In this document: piece after piece, positions 8,824 to 19,476 of the stretch | Layout of the letters: each line of letters opens with the position of its first letter | How positions within the stretch are numbered: the stretch's first letter is position 1 | Source: an uncultured Solirubrobacteraceae bacterium | Lineage (GTDB): Bacteria > Actinomycetota > Thermoleophilia > Solirubrobacterales > Solirubrobacteraceae | Direction: 5' to 3' | Assembly: GCA_963711985.1 (NCBI GenBank) | Contig: CAVQGG010000001.1 | Coordinates: forward strand, 157,287-221,286 | DNA length: 64,000 bases | Program-made: the position numbers and the translations under genes | The notes under the pieces: model-generated | Seen by the model: the letters and a program-made list of their open reading frames with translations, nothing else | What the model was told of the DNA's origin: nothing | The model's database searches: none

Positions 8824-11011
8824 TCAGGCGCGGGCCAGGCCCCGCAGGGCGCGGGCGCGTGCGCGCACGGCGGCCCTCGCTCGCAGCGGATAGGGAGCCC
8901 ACCCACCCGCGGGCGAGAGCGCGATCAGGCCGCCGCCGAAAGCGATCAGCCCCCCTATCCAGATCCACATCACCAGCGGCGAGACGAGGAAGTTGAACTG
9001 CGCTTGGGGCGGATGCTGCAGGTAGGCGCGGGCGAGGTAGGCGATCGCGACGACCGCCTCTTCCGGCGGCAGCGTGCTGTTGCCCACCGTCACGATCCGC
9101 TTCAAAGCCGGGGTTTCGATGTCCGGCTCGATCGCGCTCCACACGTTGCGTGTCAGGCTCGCGTCCATCGCGACGTGGCTGACCGGCTGACCGCCGATCA
9201 GGCTGCCGACCGTGCCCTGGCTGGCTTCCTCGGAGGCATAGAAGCCCTCGCTGGGGTCCAGCGTGGCGACGTGGCGTCCGTGCTCGGTGACGTCCAGCAC
9301 CGCCCCCAGGCTCAGCGTCGAGCCGGTGTGCGCCGCGTCGTACCTGGGGGTGATCGTCGCCGTGGGCCGCACGTAGCGGACCTCGTATGCGCCGACGCGG
9401 GTGGACTGCCCCGGCGAGAGACCCAACTCGGAGGCGTGCTGGAAGGACGAGGACGCGGCGACCCCGACGAACAGGACAGCGATGCCGATATGCACGACAT
9501 AGCCGCCGTAGCGGCGGCGGTTGCGTCGCACGAGCGCCAGCAGCGCCAGCGGCGCGGGCTCGCCCGCCATCGCCCGGCGGGCACGGGTACCGCGGAAGAA
9601 CTCCTGCCCGACGCTGCCGAACACGAACGCCGCGCAGCAGAACATCACGCTCGCCAGCGGCTTCTGCGTCAGCGTGGGCGGGCCCCCAATCGAAACCAGC
9701 ACGAGCAGGGTGAGCAGCGCGCAAGCGCTCGGCACCAGGAAGTTGCGCCGGGCGTTGGCCAGCGTCGCGCGTCGCCACGCGATCACCGGCCCGATACCGC
9801 TCAACAGCACCAGGATCAACGCGAGCGGCACCGTGTAGCGGTCGAACCACGGGGGACCCACCGACGCTTCCCGGCCGGTCAGCGCCTCGGAGATCAGCGG
9901 GAAGTAGGTGCCCCACAAGATCACGAAGGACAGCCCGACGAGCACGATGTTGTTGGCGAGGAAGACCGACTCGCGCGAGAACAAGGAGTCCAGCCGGTGC
10001 TCGGAGCGCAGCATGTCGCGACGGGAGACCACCAGGTAGATCGAGCCGGCGATCAGCGTGGCGATCAGCGCCACGAACGGCACGCCCAGCGTATGCCCGC
10101 CGAAGGCGTGGATCGAGTCGAGGATCCCGCTGCGCACCAGGAACGTGCCCATGATCGCCAGCGTGCCGGTGGCCAGCGCCAGCGACACGTTCCACACCTT
10201 CAGCATGCCGCGCTTCTCCTGGATCATCAGCGAATGCAGGAACGCGGTGCCCGTCAACCACGGCAGCAACGCGGCGTTCTCGACCGCGTCCCAGCCCCAG
10301 TAGCCGCCCCAGCCGAGCTTCCGAGTAAGACCACAGAGCACCCAGCAGTATCCCCGCGCCCAAGAACAGCCACGCCGCGAACGCGAATCGGCGGATCGCT
10401 TTGATCCAGTCGGCGTCCACCCTGCGCGCCAGCAGCGCGCCCATCCCGAACGCCAGCGGGATCGTGCACAGGGTGTAGCCCGAATAGAGCATCGGCGGGT
10501 GGATCATCATCGTCGGAAAACGCAGCAGCGGATCCAGCCCGACGCCTTCCGGCGGCACCGGGCTGGTGGTCGCAAACGGGTTGGCGTAGAACACCATCAA
10601 CGCCACGAAGAACCCGCCAAAACCGAGCATGATCGCCGTCGCGTACGCGGCCACATCGCGCAAGCGCTTGCGCGTCAAGAACAGCGCCAGGCTCGACCAC
10701 AGCGACATCAGCCATGCCCACAACAGCAGCGAGCCTTCCTGCGAAGACCACACCGCAGCAGCCCGGTACAGGGCCGGCGTGGTGCGGCTGGACGTATCGG
10801 CGACCGCGTTGAACGCGAAGTCGTTGCGCAGGAACGCGACCTCCAGCACGACGAACGCAACCGTCAGGACCCCCGCCAGCGCGTACACAGAGCGCCGTCC
10901 GGACTCCGAGAACTCCACCCTACCGCTGCGCACCCCATACAACGACGCGCCGATCCCGTACACGCACACGGCGAGCGCCAGCAGCAGGCACGCGAACCCC
11001 AGACCCGCCAT
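8824..11011 (-). CDS. ccmF: Cytochrome c biogenesis heme lyase CcmF (frameshift near 10325)
   Basis: WSSQEGSLLLW, HPPMLYSGY, WGGYWGWDAVENAALLPWL, LVRSGILDSIHAF split across two frames. Confidence 0.92.
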
Positions 11012-11058
11012 CAGCGCCTACCGTCCGAGCCGGTCATGTCCGCCATCCGGGAGAGCAA

Positions 11059-11475
11059 TCAGGAGTTCTGGTTCTCGCTCGCAGGAGCGGTCTTGTACTT
11101 GGACGGGCACTTCGTGATCAGCGAGTTGCGTTCCCCGACGAACCGCCCCCCCTGCTTCTCGACCGTAACGATCACCTCGCGACCTTCACGGAACGGGTCC
11201 GGCACGATCCCCGTATAGGCCAGCCCGATCGCCGCCCCCCCGACACGGTCCTCGACGCTGAAGTGCAGAACGGCGCCTTCGCGGTGCACCGAACCCTTCA
11301 CCACCGTGCCGGTCAGCTGGTAGCTGCGACCCGGCTGGGCCTGGCGGAGCAGCTGGCTCGGCGTCAGCGCCGGGCTCGCCGCGCTGAAGCTCGTGTAGAT
11401 CAACGCGCTCGCCAGCACCACAGCCGCACTCAACGCCATAACCAAGCGCACCGTTCGCTTGCGTGCGGGGTTCAT
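11059..11475 (-). CDS. ccmE: Heme chaperone CcmE, CxxxY variant
   Basis: YTGIVPDPFREGREVIV and KCPSKY; upstream of ccmF. Confidence 0.9.
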   Translation of the reverse strand: MNPARKRTVRLVMALSAAVVLASALIYTSFSAASPALTPSQLLRQAQPGRSYQLTGTVVKGSVHREGAVLHFSVEDRVGGAAIGLAYTGIVPDPFREGREVIVTVEKQGGRFVGERNSLITKCPSKYKTAPASENQNS

Positions 11476-11624
11476 CGCCGGCAAGTATCTCAAACCCCCG
11501 CTCCGCCCGCGCCAACGGCCCGCGCCGAAGCCGGCGTCCGCGCCGTGGGATGGGACCCACGAGGAAATCGCGCTTGCAGGACGAAACCTTCTAGCGTGGA
11601 TGACGTTGTAGGCGGTAGCGGATC

Positions 11625-11867
11625 ATGAGACCGAACCTCCTCCACCCCCTTGGCGAACGCCGCCACTCACCCCGGCAGCGCCGCGGGCGCGGAGCTCGTA
11701 GCGCCGAGCGTCCGGCGCGATCATGCGACCCCGCGGTCCAGCGCGTGCGCGACGCCGGCGGGCCGGTCGATCAGGCCTCCTACACCTGCCAGTGCGGCTA
11801 CCTGTTCAGCGCGGCGGTGTCGACGACCGTGGAGTGCCCGCACTGCGGCGCCGGTCAGGCCTGGTAG
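11625..11867 (+). CDS. Small zinc-ribbon protein
   Basis: CQCG...CPHCG near the C-terminus. Confidence 0.6.
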   Translation: MRPNLLHPLGERRHSPRQRRGRGARSAERPARSCDPAVQRVRDAGGPVDQASYTCQCGYLFSAAVSTTVECPHCGAGQAW

Positions 11868-11878
11868 ACGCGTCCCGC

Positions 11879-13204
11879 CTACTCGATGTGCATCCCTGAG
11901 ATGGCTCGTGCGATCACGAGCTGCTGGATCTCGGCGGTGCCCTCGAAGATGTCGTAGATCTTCGCGTCGCGGTGCCAGCGCTCGACGGGGTACTCGCGCG
12001 CGTAGCCGTTGCCGCCGAGGATCTGGATCGCGCGCTCGGTCACCCACACGGCGACCTCGCCGGCCTTGAGCTTGCTCATCGAGCCCTCGGCGTTCTCGAA
12101 GGCCACCTGGTTGCGCCCCATCCACGAGGCGCGCCAGATGAGCAGGCGAGCGGCGTCTATCTCCAGCTTCATGCGCGCGAGCGTGAACGCGATCGCCTGG
12201 TTCTCGATGATCTTGCGGTGAAACTGCTCTCGCTCCTTGGCGTAGTCGAGCGCGTACTCGTAGGCGGCGCGGGCGATGCCGAGAGCCTGCGCGCCGACGG
12301 TCGGGCGCGAGGCCTCGAAGGTCGCCATCGCGGCCTGGGACTTGCTCTTCTTGCCCTCGCGCACGCGAGCGATGCGCTCCTCCAGCTTCTCCTTGCCCCC
12401 GAGCACGTAGCCCGCGGGAACGCGGCAGTCATCCAGGAACACGTCCGCTGTGTGCGACGCGCGCAGGCCGTGCTTGGACACCTTGCTGCCCTGCGAGATG
12501 CCCTTGGCCTCGCTCATCGGCACGACGAATGCAGCATGGCCGCGGGCCCCCAGCTCCGGATCGACCGTCGCGATCACCACGTGGACGTCGGCGATACCGC
12601 CGTTCGTCGCCCACGCCTTCTGGCCGTTGATGACCCACTCGCCCGCGGCCTCGTCGAACTTGGCGTGTGTGCGCAGCGCGGAAACGTCCGAGCCGGCGTT
12701 GGGCTCCGAGGCGCAGAACGCGGCGACCTTGACGTCATCAGCGGTGCCGAAGCAGCGCGGGATCCACTCCCCGATCTGCTCGCCCGAGCCCTGGCCGAAG
12801 ATCGCCGCCACCGCGAGCGCGGTGCCCATGATCGACATGCCGATCCCCCCATCCCCCCAGAACAGCTCCTCGTTGACGATCGTCAGCGTCAACCCGGTCG
12901 GGTCGGCGAAGAACTGTGCGAGGCCCTCGAAGCCATACAGACCGATCTTCGCTGCCTCCTGGATGATCGGCCAGGGGGTCTGCTCCTTCTCGTCCCACTC
13001 GTGGGCGGCCGGGCGCACGACGTCGGCGGCGAAGCCGTGCACCCAATCGCGAATGTCCTTCTGGTCCTGGCTCAGGGCCAGCGAGAACGTCACCTCCTGG
13101 TTGGCTGCGCCGGCGATCGCCTCGACCGCGGCCTCGGCGGCCTCGGTGGCCTCGGCGCCCGCGGGAGTCGGGTCGGACGAAATGGCGGTGGGTGGGGCTG
13201 GCAT
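11879..13204 (-). CDS. Acyl-CoA dehydrogenase
   Basis: FCASEPNAGSD, INGQKAWATNG, QILGGNGY...ERWHRDAKIYDIFEGTAEIQ. Confidence 0.95.
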   Translation of the reverse strand: MPAPPTAISSDPTPAGAEATEAAEAAVEAIAGAANQEVTFSLALSQDQKDIRDWVHGFAADVVRPAAHEWDEKEQTPWPIIQEAAKIGLYGFEGLAQFFADPTGLTLTIVNEELFWGDGGIGMSIMGTALAVAAIFGQGSGEQIGEWIPRCFGTADDVKVAAFCASEPNAGSDVSALRTHAKFDEAAGEWVINGQKAWATNGGIADVHVVIATVDPELGARGHAAFVVPMSEAKGISQGSKVSKHGLRASHTADVFLDDCRVPAGYVLGGKEKLEERIARVREGKKSKSQAAMATFEASRPTVGAQALGIARAAYEYALDYAKEREQFHRKIIENQAIAFTLARMKLEIDAARLLIWRASWMGRNQVAFENAEGSMSKLKAGEVAVWVTERAIQILGGNGYAREYPVERWHRDAKIYDIFEGTAEIQQLVIARAISGMHIE

Positions 13205-13359
13205 CGGGCGGGATCTCCTTTGGGTGACGGGGGCGCCGGCGGGGATGAGGGCTAGCACTGGGGAACGCCCTTGACAGGCCTTCGCCGCGACCCTTGACAG
13301 GGTACCCCACAGGGGGCGCCGGTGCGTCCGCCGGCGCGACGTCGATCCGCACGCCTAGC

Positions 13360-14418
13360 TGACGTGCCTACGTACGTTGTGAACGGTTGAGGAGGCATCC
13401 GGGCCTCATCCCAGGCTGTGGGTCTACGAGAACTCACTTCCTAGGAGGACCCGGATGCAGATCCACGGTAGAGCGAAGCTCGGACCAGCTGGTCGACTGG
13501 CGTTGTGCCAGGCGATCGAGAGCGGGGTGACGCTCAGAGGGGCAGCGCGGAGGTTTGGCGTCTCGCCAGCGACGGCGCACCGTTGGTGGCATCGATATGC
13601 CGACGCTTTGCCGGCAGAGCGACACTCTCTGGCGTGGGCAGCTGATCGTTCCAGTCGTCCTCGTCGCTCTCCCGGCCTGCTGGACGCTGGCGCCCAGGAG
13701 CGGATCTGCGAGGCCCGACGGCACACTGGCTGAGGGCCGCGGTTGATCGCGGGGAAGACCGGCCATCCGCACTCGACGGTCTGGAAGGTGCTGCACCGCC
13801 ACGGCCTCTCCAGACGGCCGAGAGCTCCCCGTGATGCTGTTCGTCGCTACGAGTGGCCGTGCCCCGGGGATCTGCTGCATATGGACACCGCCCGCTATGC
13901 ACGCTTCCAGCGGCCTGGGCATCGCGTCACCGGCCGTCGAAGCACCACCTACGCCAGGATGCTCGAGCAACCGGGCTATGACTTCGCGCACGTGATCGTC
14001 GACGATCACTCACGGCTGGCTTACGTCGAGCTGCACAGCGACGAGCGCGCCCAGACCGTCACAGCATTCGTGGCTAGAGCCCTAGACTGGTTCGCAGCCC
14101 AAGGGATCAACACCAGGCGGCTGATGAGCGACAACGCCTGGAGCTACGCCCGCAACCGCTCCCTGCACGAACTCCTCGCCGCCCGGCAGGTCAAGCATCT
14201 ACGCACCCAGCCCTACCGGCCACAGACCAATGGCAAGGTTGAGCGCTTCCACCAGACGATGGCCAGAGAGTGGGCCTACGGGCTCAGCTACCGCTCACAC
14301 CATCACCGCAGCCAAGCCCTGCCACACTGGCTCGAGCACTACAACACGCGCAGACCACACAGCGGCATCGAGAACCGGCCACCCATCAGCCGCGTTCACA
14401 ACCTACGTGGGCAGGACA
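13360..14418 (+). mobile_element. IS481-family insertion sequence
   Basis: 25-bp terminal IRs matching 21/25 (13360-13384 and 14394-14418); flanks cCTAGC and gCTAGC. Confidence 0.9.
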
Positions 14419-14423
14419 GCTAG
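13455..14423 (+). pseudogene. IS481 transposase with in-frame TGA at 13731-13733
   Basis: N-terminal HTH, PGDLLHMD, VDDHSR, SDNA, PQTNGKVERFH; both ORF halves are in one frame (HTG*GPRLI). Confidence 0.88.
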
Positions 14424-14878
14424 CGGGTCTGCCAGGCTTGCTCCTGGCGCGTGAGCGCGAGCACGTCCTTGGGCAGCCTGCCCGCGGCCACGTCAGCGAC
14501 GGTCACGTGCTCTAGCACTTTGCGCAGGTTGGCGCGCAGCGCGATCCACACCTGCTGCAGGCTCTCGGCCGAGCCGGCGTACTCGATCTCCTCCGGTCGC
14601 TGCCCGCGCACCCCGACCAGCGGGCCCTCGACCGCGCGGATGATGTCCGCGAGGTTGACCTCGGCGGCCGGACGGGCCAGCCAGTAGCCGCCCTCGGGGC
14701 CGCGCTGGCTGCGAACGATGCCCGACGAGCGCAGCTGCGTGAGGATGTTCTCCAGGAAGGACACCGGGATGCTCTGGGCCTGCGCGACTTCATCCACCTT
14801 GCGGGGTGAGCCCTGGCCGCTGTCGGCGAGCTCCACGACGGCGCGCACGGCGTAGTCGGCCTTGGCGGTGACGTGCAT
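14420..14878 (-). CDS. Rrf2-family transcriptional regulator without Fe-S cysteines
   Basis: KADYAVRA...FLENILTQL...SQRGPEGGY...IIRAVEG. Confidence 0.92.
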   Translation of the reverse strand: MHVTAKADYAVRAVVELADSGQGSPRKVDEVAQAQSIPVSFLENILTQLRSSGIVRSQRGPEGGYWLARPAAEVNLADIIRAVEGPLVGVRGQRPEEIEYAGSAESLQQVWIALRANLRKVLEHVTVADVAAGRLPKDVLALTRQEQAWQTR

Positions 14879-14922
14879 TCGGTGATTCTCACCTATTCGG
14901 CGGCGAACCGGCGTGCTCACCG

Positions 14923-14941
14923 CAAAGTTAGGCAACCCTAA
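14923..14941. promoter_or_regulatory. IdeR/DtxR-type iron box
   Basis: CAAAGTTAGGCAACCCTAA matches TTAGGTTAGGCTAACCTAA at 14/19; dyad GTTAGG-N4-CCTAAC; upstream of Fe ABC operon. Confidence 0.75.
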
Positions 14942-14992
14942 CCCTGTGCTACGGTTCCGTCGTCATCCCGACCGTACAGATCGGATTTCCCA

Positions 14993-16009
14993 GTGCGCCG
15001 TGACAAGCTTCCCACTCTCAGCGCCCTGCTGGCATCCGCCGGCCTGCTGCTGAGCGCCTGCGGCTCCTCGCACGGCGGCACGGCCATCACGCTGTACAAC
15101 GGACAGCACGAACAGACGACCGCCGCGCTGGTGGCGGCGTTCGAGAAGCAGACGGGGATCAGCGTCAACGTGCGCAGCGGTGACGAGGCCACGCTGGGCA
15201 ACCAGATCCTGCAGGAGGGCGCCAACTCGCCGGCCGACGTCTTCTACACCGAGAACACGCCCGTGCTGGAAGCGCTGCGCGAGAAGGGTCTGCTCGCCCC
15301 CGTCTCACCGTCCACCCTGGCAGCGGTCCCCGGCCGCTACGACTCCGCGCAGGGCGATTGGGTGGGCGTCTCGGCGCGCGTGTCCGTGCTCGTCTACAAC
15401 ACCTCCCAGATCGCGCCCTCGCAGCTGCCCGGCTCGATCCTCGAACTGGCCGAGCCGAGGTGGAAGGGCAAGGTCGGCTTCGCCCCCTCGGAGACCGACT
15501 TCCAACCGCTGATCACCGCGATCGTCAAGCTGGACGGGCTCGCCACGGCCGAAAGCTGGCTGCAGGGCCTGCACGCCAACAGCAGGATCTACCCCGACAA
15601 CGAGACGGTGGTCGCCCAGGTGAACAACGGCGAGAGCGCCGTGGGGCTGATCAACCACTACTACTGGTACCGCCTGCGCGCCGAGATCGGCCAGGGCGCC
15701 ATGCACTCCGCGCTGCACTACTACGACCCGGGCGACCCGGGCAACCTGGTGGACGTCTCGGGCGCGGCCGTGCTGAAGTCGAGCTCCCATCAGGCGGCCG
15801 CCCAGGCGTTTCTCGCCTTCCTGGTGAGCAGAGCCGGCCAGGAGACGATCGCGCACAGCCACAGCTACGAGTACCCGCTGCGCCCCGGCGTCAGTCCGGC
15901 TCCGGGGCTGCGACCGTTCGCCCAGCTCGAGCCGGCGCCGCTGACGCCGGCCGAACTCGGCGACGGGAGCCAGGCGCTCGCGCTGGAGCAGAAGCTCGGA
16001 CTGCTGTAG
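14993..16009 (+). CDS. Fe(III) ABC transporter substrate-binding lipoprotein (FbpA/SfuA/FutA-like)
   Basis: Lipobox LSAC, YNGQHE, EGANSPADVF, LINHYYW. Confidence 0.9.
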   Translation: MRRDKLPTLSALLASAGLLLSACGSSHGGTAITLYNGQHEQTTAALVAAFEKQTGISVNVRSGDEATLGNQILQEGANSPADVFYTENTPVLEALREKGLLAPVSPSTLAAVPGRYDSAQGDWVGVSARVSVLVYNTSQIAPSQLPGSILELAEPRWKGKVGFAPSETDFQPLITAIVKLDGLATAESWLQGLHANSRIYPDNETVVAQVNNGESAVGLINHYYWYRLRAEIGQGAMHSALHYYDPGDPGNLVDVSGAAVLKSSSHQAAAQAFLAFLVSRAGQETIAHSHSYEYPLRPGVSPAPGLRPFAQLEPAPLTPAELGDGSQALALEQKLGLL

Positions 16010-16016
16010 GACGGCC

Positions 16017-17609
16017 GTGAGCACCCTCGCGCCCACCGCGCCGATCGCAAGCAGATGGACGCGCGCGTGGTCGGGCCGGCGGCGCTGGCCGCTGGTGAGC
16101 GTCGGCGGCGGCGCGATCGCCGCCGCGCTCGTGCTCCTGCCGCTCGCCTTCCTGATCGTCCAGGCCCAGCAGTCGGGCTGGGGCGAAGTGCAACGTCTGC
16201 TGCTGCGCCACCCCGTGGCGGTGCTGCTGTGGAACACCATCCGTCTCACCCTCGCCTGCACCGTCCTGTGCGCCGTGCTCGGCGTGGGGGCGGCCTGGTG
16301 CGTGGAGCGCACCGCGCTGCCCGCACGCCGGCTGTGGGCGGTGGCGCTGGTGCTGCCGCTCGGCGTCCCCGACTTCGTCGTGGGCTTCGGCTGGGTCTCG
16401 ATCGATCCCGCGCTGCATGGGTACCTGGCCGCGGTGATGATCATGACGCTGTCGCTGTACCCGCTCGTCTACCTGCCCGTGGCCAGCGCCCTGGCCAACC
16501 TCGACGCCGGGCTCGAGGAGGCAGCGCGCAGCCTGGGCCTGGGCCCGTGGCAGGCATTCCGGAGGGTCACGCTGCGTCAGATCTGGCCGGCGGTGCTGGG
16601 CGGCTGCCTGCTCGTGACGCTCGCGCTGCTGGCCGAGTACGGGGCGTTCGAAATCGTCCAGTACCAGACGTTCACCGTGGAGATCTTCACGGAGTTCAAG
16701 CTCGGCTTCGACACGGTGGCCGCATGCGTGCTGTCGCTGGTGCTGGTCGCGCTGAGCGTCGCGGCGCTCGGCGGGGAGCTGTCGCTCGCCGGCCGCGGGC
16801 GAGCCTGGCGCGCCGGGCCCGGCGCGCGGCGGATCGCCCCCAGGGTCGCCCTGGGGCGCTTCTCGGCGCCGGTGCTCGCGGGACTGGGCGCGCTCGGCGG
16901 CCTGGCGCTCGGGGTGCCGATGGGCTCGCTCGTCTACTGGATGCTCCGCGGGAGCTCGACAACGCTACCGTCGGCTTCGATCCTCGCCGCCGCCGGACAC
17001 ACGGCCGAGTACAGCGCCGGCGCCGCCGTGCTCGCGACGGCGCTGGCGGTGCCGGTCAGCGCGCTTGCGATCCGCCACCGCAACCGCGTCACGGTGCTGA
17101 TCGAGCGGCTGGCCTACCTCCCGATGGCGCTCCCCGGCCTGGTGATCGCGCTCGGGCTCGTGGCCTTCTCGGTGCGCTACGCGTTCGCGCTGTACCAGAG
17201 CGCGCTCGAGCTGATCGTCGCCTACTCGATCCTGTTCCTGCCGCTGGCGGTGGTCGGCGTGCGCTCGGCCATGGGGCAGGCCTCACCGCGCCTGGAGGAG
17301 GTGGGACGCTCGCTGGGCCGCCGTCCGTCGACCGTGTGGAGGCGGGTGACGCTGCCGTTGATCGCCCCAGGGCTCGGAGCGGCCTTCGCGCTGGTGTTCA
17401 TCTCGTCGGCCACCGAGCTGACCGCGACGCTGCTGCTGCACCCGACGGGGGTGAACACGTTGGCAACCCAGTTCTGGGCGTACACGTCCGAACTCTCCTA
17501 TGGCGCAGCGGCGCCGTACGCCGCGTTGATGGTTGCGATCTCGGCGATCCCCGCCTACCTGCTCAGCCGCCGCATGACCACGCTCGCCGACGCGGAGCGG
17601 GGACGATGA
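16017..17609 (+). CDS. Fe(III) ABC transporter permease (FbpB-like)
   Basis: Duplicated permease with two EAA loops (LEEAARSLG, LEEVGRSLG). Confidence 0.9.
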   Translation: MSTLAPTAPIASRWTRAWSGRRRWPLVSVGGGAIAAALVLLPLAFLIVQAQQSGWGEVQRLLLRHPVAVLLWNTIRLTLACTVLCAVLGVGAAWCVERTALPARRLWAVALVLPLGVPDFVVGFGWVSIDPALHGYLAAVMIMTLSLYPLVYLPVASALANLDAGLEEAARSLGLGPWQAFRRVTLRQIWPAVLGGCLLVTLALLAEYGAFEIVQYQTFTVEIFTEFKLGFDTVAACVLSLVLVALSVAALGGELSLAGRGRAWRAGPGARRIAPRVALGRFSAPVLAGLGALGGLALGVPMGSLVYWMLRGSSTTLPSASILAAAGHTAEYSAGAAVLATALAVPVSALAIRHRNRVTVLIERLAYLPMALPGLVIALGLVAFSVRYAFALYQSALELIVAYSILFLPLAVVGVRSAMGQASPRLEEVGRSLGRRPSTVWRRVTLPLIAPGLGAAFALVFISSATELTATLLLHPTGVNTLATQFWAYTSELSYGAAAPYAALMVAISAIPAYLLSRRMTTLADAERGR

Positions 17610-18670
17610 GCCGCCTGTCGGTGAGCGACCTGTGGAAGGGCTACGCGGGCACAGCGGTGCTCCAGGGAGTGAACCTCGAGGTGCAGGCGGGGTCGCTGAC
17701 TGCGGTGCTCGGCCTCTCCGGCTGCGGCAAGACGACGCTGCTGCGGGTGATCGCGGGCTTCGAGCGCGCCGAGCGGGGCAGCGTGTCGCTCGGGGGCAGG
17801 ACGCTCGAGGACGGGCGCACCTACCTCGCGCCCGAGCGGCGTGGCGTCGGCTACGTGCCCCAGGAGGGCGCGCTGTTCCCCCATCTGAGCGTCCAGCAGA
17901 ACGTCGGCTTCGGCCTCTCCCGCCGCGAGCGTCGCGGCGACGGGGTGGCCACGCTGCTGGAGATGGTCGGCATCGCACCGCTGGCGCGGCGCCTGCCGCA
18001 CGAGCTCTCCGGCGGCGAGCAGCAGCGGGTCGCGCTCGCCCGCGCCCTGGCACGGCGCCCGCAGGCGCTGCTGCTGGACGAGCCGTTCTCCTCGCTGGAC
18101 GCCTCGCTGCGCAGCCGGGTGCGCGAGGAGGTCCACGAGCTTCTGCGCGAGCAGGGCGTGACCACGGTGCTGGTCACCCACGACCAGGAGGAGGCCCTGT
18201 CGCTGGCCGATGTCGTGGCCGTCCTGCGCGACGGGAGGATCGTCCAGCAGGGGGCACCGGCGGAGCTGTACGAGCAGCCTGTCGACGAGCGCCTGGCGCG
18301 CTTCCTCGGCGCGGTCAACGTGATCGACGCGCACTTCCAGAACGGAACAGCGCGCACTCCCCTGGGCGCACTGGAGCTGCGCGCCGCTCCGGCCAAGAGC
18401 GGCGCTGGAGCCGGGGTCGTGATGGTCCGTCCCGAGCAGCTCGACGTGCGCGTACGCCAGCAGGGCGCCGCCGGCGAGAGCGCCGCGGCGGGCCTGGGCG
18501 GCCGCGTCGAGCAGTGCCGCTACTACGGCCACGACGCGCTGCTGCACATCCGCCCGGAGGCACCGGGCGGCGCCGCGGTGCTGCTCGCGCGGGTGCACGG
18601 CGAGCAGGCGCTGGCGGTGGGCACACCGGTGACCGTCGCCGCCCACGGGCCGGTCACGGCGCTCGAGTAA
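17606..18670 (+). CDS. Fe(III) ABC transporter ATP-binding protein (FbpC-like)
   Basis: GLSGCGKT, LSGGEQQR, LLDEPF, VTHDQEEA, TOBE-like tail. Confidence 0.9.
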   Translation: MSRLSVSDLWKGYAGTAVLQGVNLEVQAGSLTAVLGLSGCGKTTLLRVIAGFERAERGSVSLGGRTLEDGRTYLAPERRGVGYVPQEGALFPHLSVQQNVGFGLSRRERRGDGVATLLEMVGIAPLARRLPHELSGGEQQRVALARALARRPQALLLDEPFSSLDASLRSRVREEVHELLREQGVTTVLVTHDQEEALSLADVVAVLRDGRIVQQGAPAELYEQPVDERLARFLGAVNVIDAHFQNGTARTPLGALELRAAPAKSGAGAGVVMVRPEQLDVRVRQQGAAGESAAAGLGGRVEQCRYYGHDALLHIRPEAPGGAAVLLARVHGEQALAVGTPVTVAAHGPVTALE

Positions 18671-18682
18671 AATGCGGCTGCG

Positions 18683-18902
18683 ATGAGCGAGGGCGAGCAG
18701 CGGACGTACAACGTGACGGGCATGTCGTGCGAGCACTGCGTCGCCGCCGTCAGCGCCGAGGTCGGCGAGCTTCCCCGGTGTGAGCAGCGTGGAGGTGGAT
18801 CTCGCGAGCGGCGCGGTCGTCGTGAGCGGTGGCAACGTCGACGGCGAGGCTGTCCGGATCGCTGTGGAAGCGGCCGGATACGGACTCGCCGAGACCGCCT
18901 AG
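18683..18902 (+). CDS. copZ: CopZ-like heavy-metal chaperone (+1 frameshift near 18773)
   Basis: GMSCEHC; removing one C from the run in ttccccgg restores ...LPGVSSVEVDL...AVEAAGY. Confidence 0.85.
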
Positions 18903-19053
18903 CCTCAGTACCGTTGACCTAAGAGCGGAACCACAGCCGACGAGCAGAAGGGGCAGCGCTCTCCGATGGCGGCGCGGATGGCCGCCGGCGCGGCGCCACC
19001 TTAGCCGAGGCTTGCGCCTTCGCCTGCGCTTCCAAGTGACACACTTGTCGGCT

Positions 19054-19476
19054 GTGACGGCTCAAGCACTCACGGGAGGCTGCCTGTGCGGCCGTGTGCG
19101 CTTCGAGCTGACAGAGCCGGCGGTGGCCGCTGGGTACTGCCACTGCACTCGCTGTCAGCGGCGCACCGGGACAGCCGCGTCCGCACAGGCGAGGATCGAC
19201 GGCGCCACGTTCCGGCTGCTTCACGGGCAGGACTTCGTGAAGGCGTGGCGTCATCCGGACGGCGGGTTCGAGAAGTGCTTTTGCGGCGAGTGCGGGGCAC
19301 ATCTGTTTAGTCGCAACCCCGATGATCCTGCCCAAATGAGCGTGCGCATGGGGGCTTTCGACGGCGATCCAGGCGTGCGTCCGAGCTGGCGAACCTTCGT
19401 CGCCTATGCGGCTTGCTGGGAGCCTATTCCCGAGGACCGGCTCGAGCGCTTCGACGAGGGAAAGCCGCGGTTCTAG
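19054..19476 (+). CDS. GFA/CENP-V family protein
   Basis: GGCLCG, CHCTRCQR, FCGECG zinc motifs. Confidence 0.9.
   Translation: MTAQALTGGCLCGRVRFELTEPAVAAGYCHCTRCQRRTGTAASAQARIDGATFRLLHGQDFVKAWRHPDGGFEKCFCGECGAHLFSRNPDDPAQMSVRMGAFDGDPGVRPSWRTFVAYAACWEPIPEDRLERFDEGKPRF

Noticed and set aside
13731-13733. Selenocysteine or recoded TGA in the transposase
   Set aside because: The position corresponds to a likely Trp (TGG->TGA), and TGA is a normal stop throughout the window.
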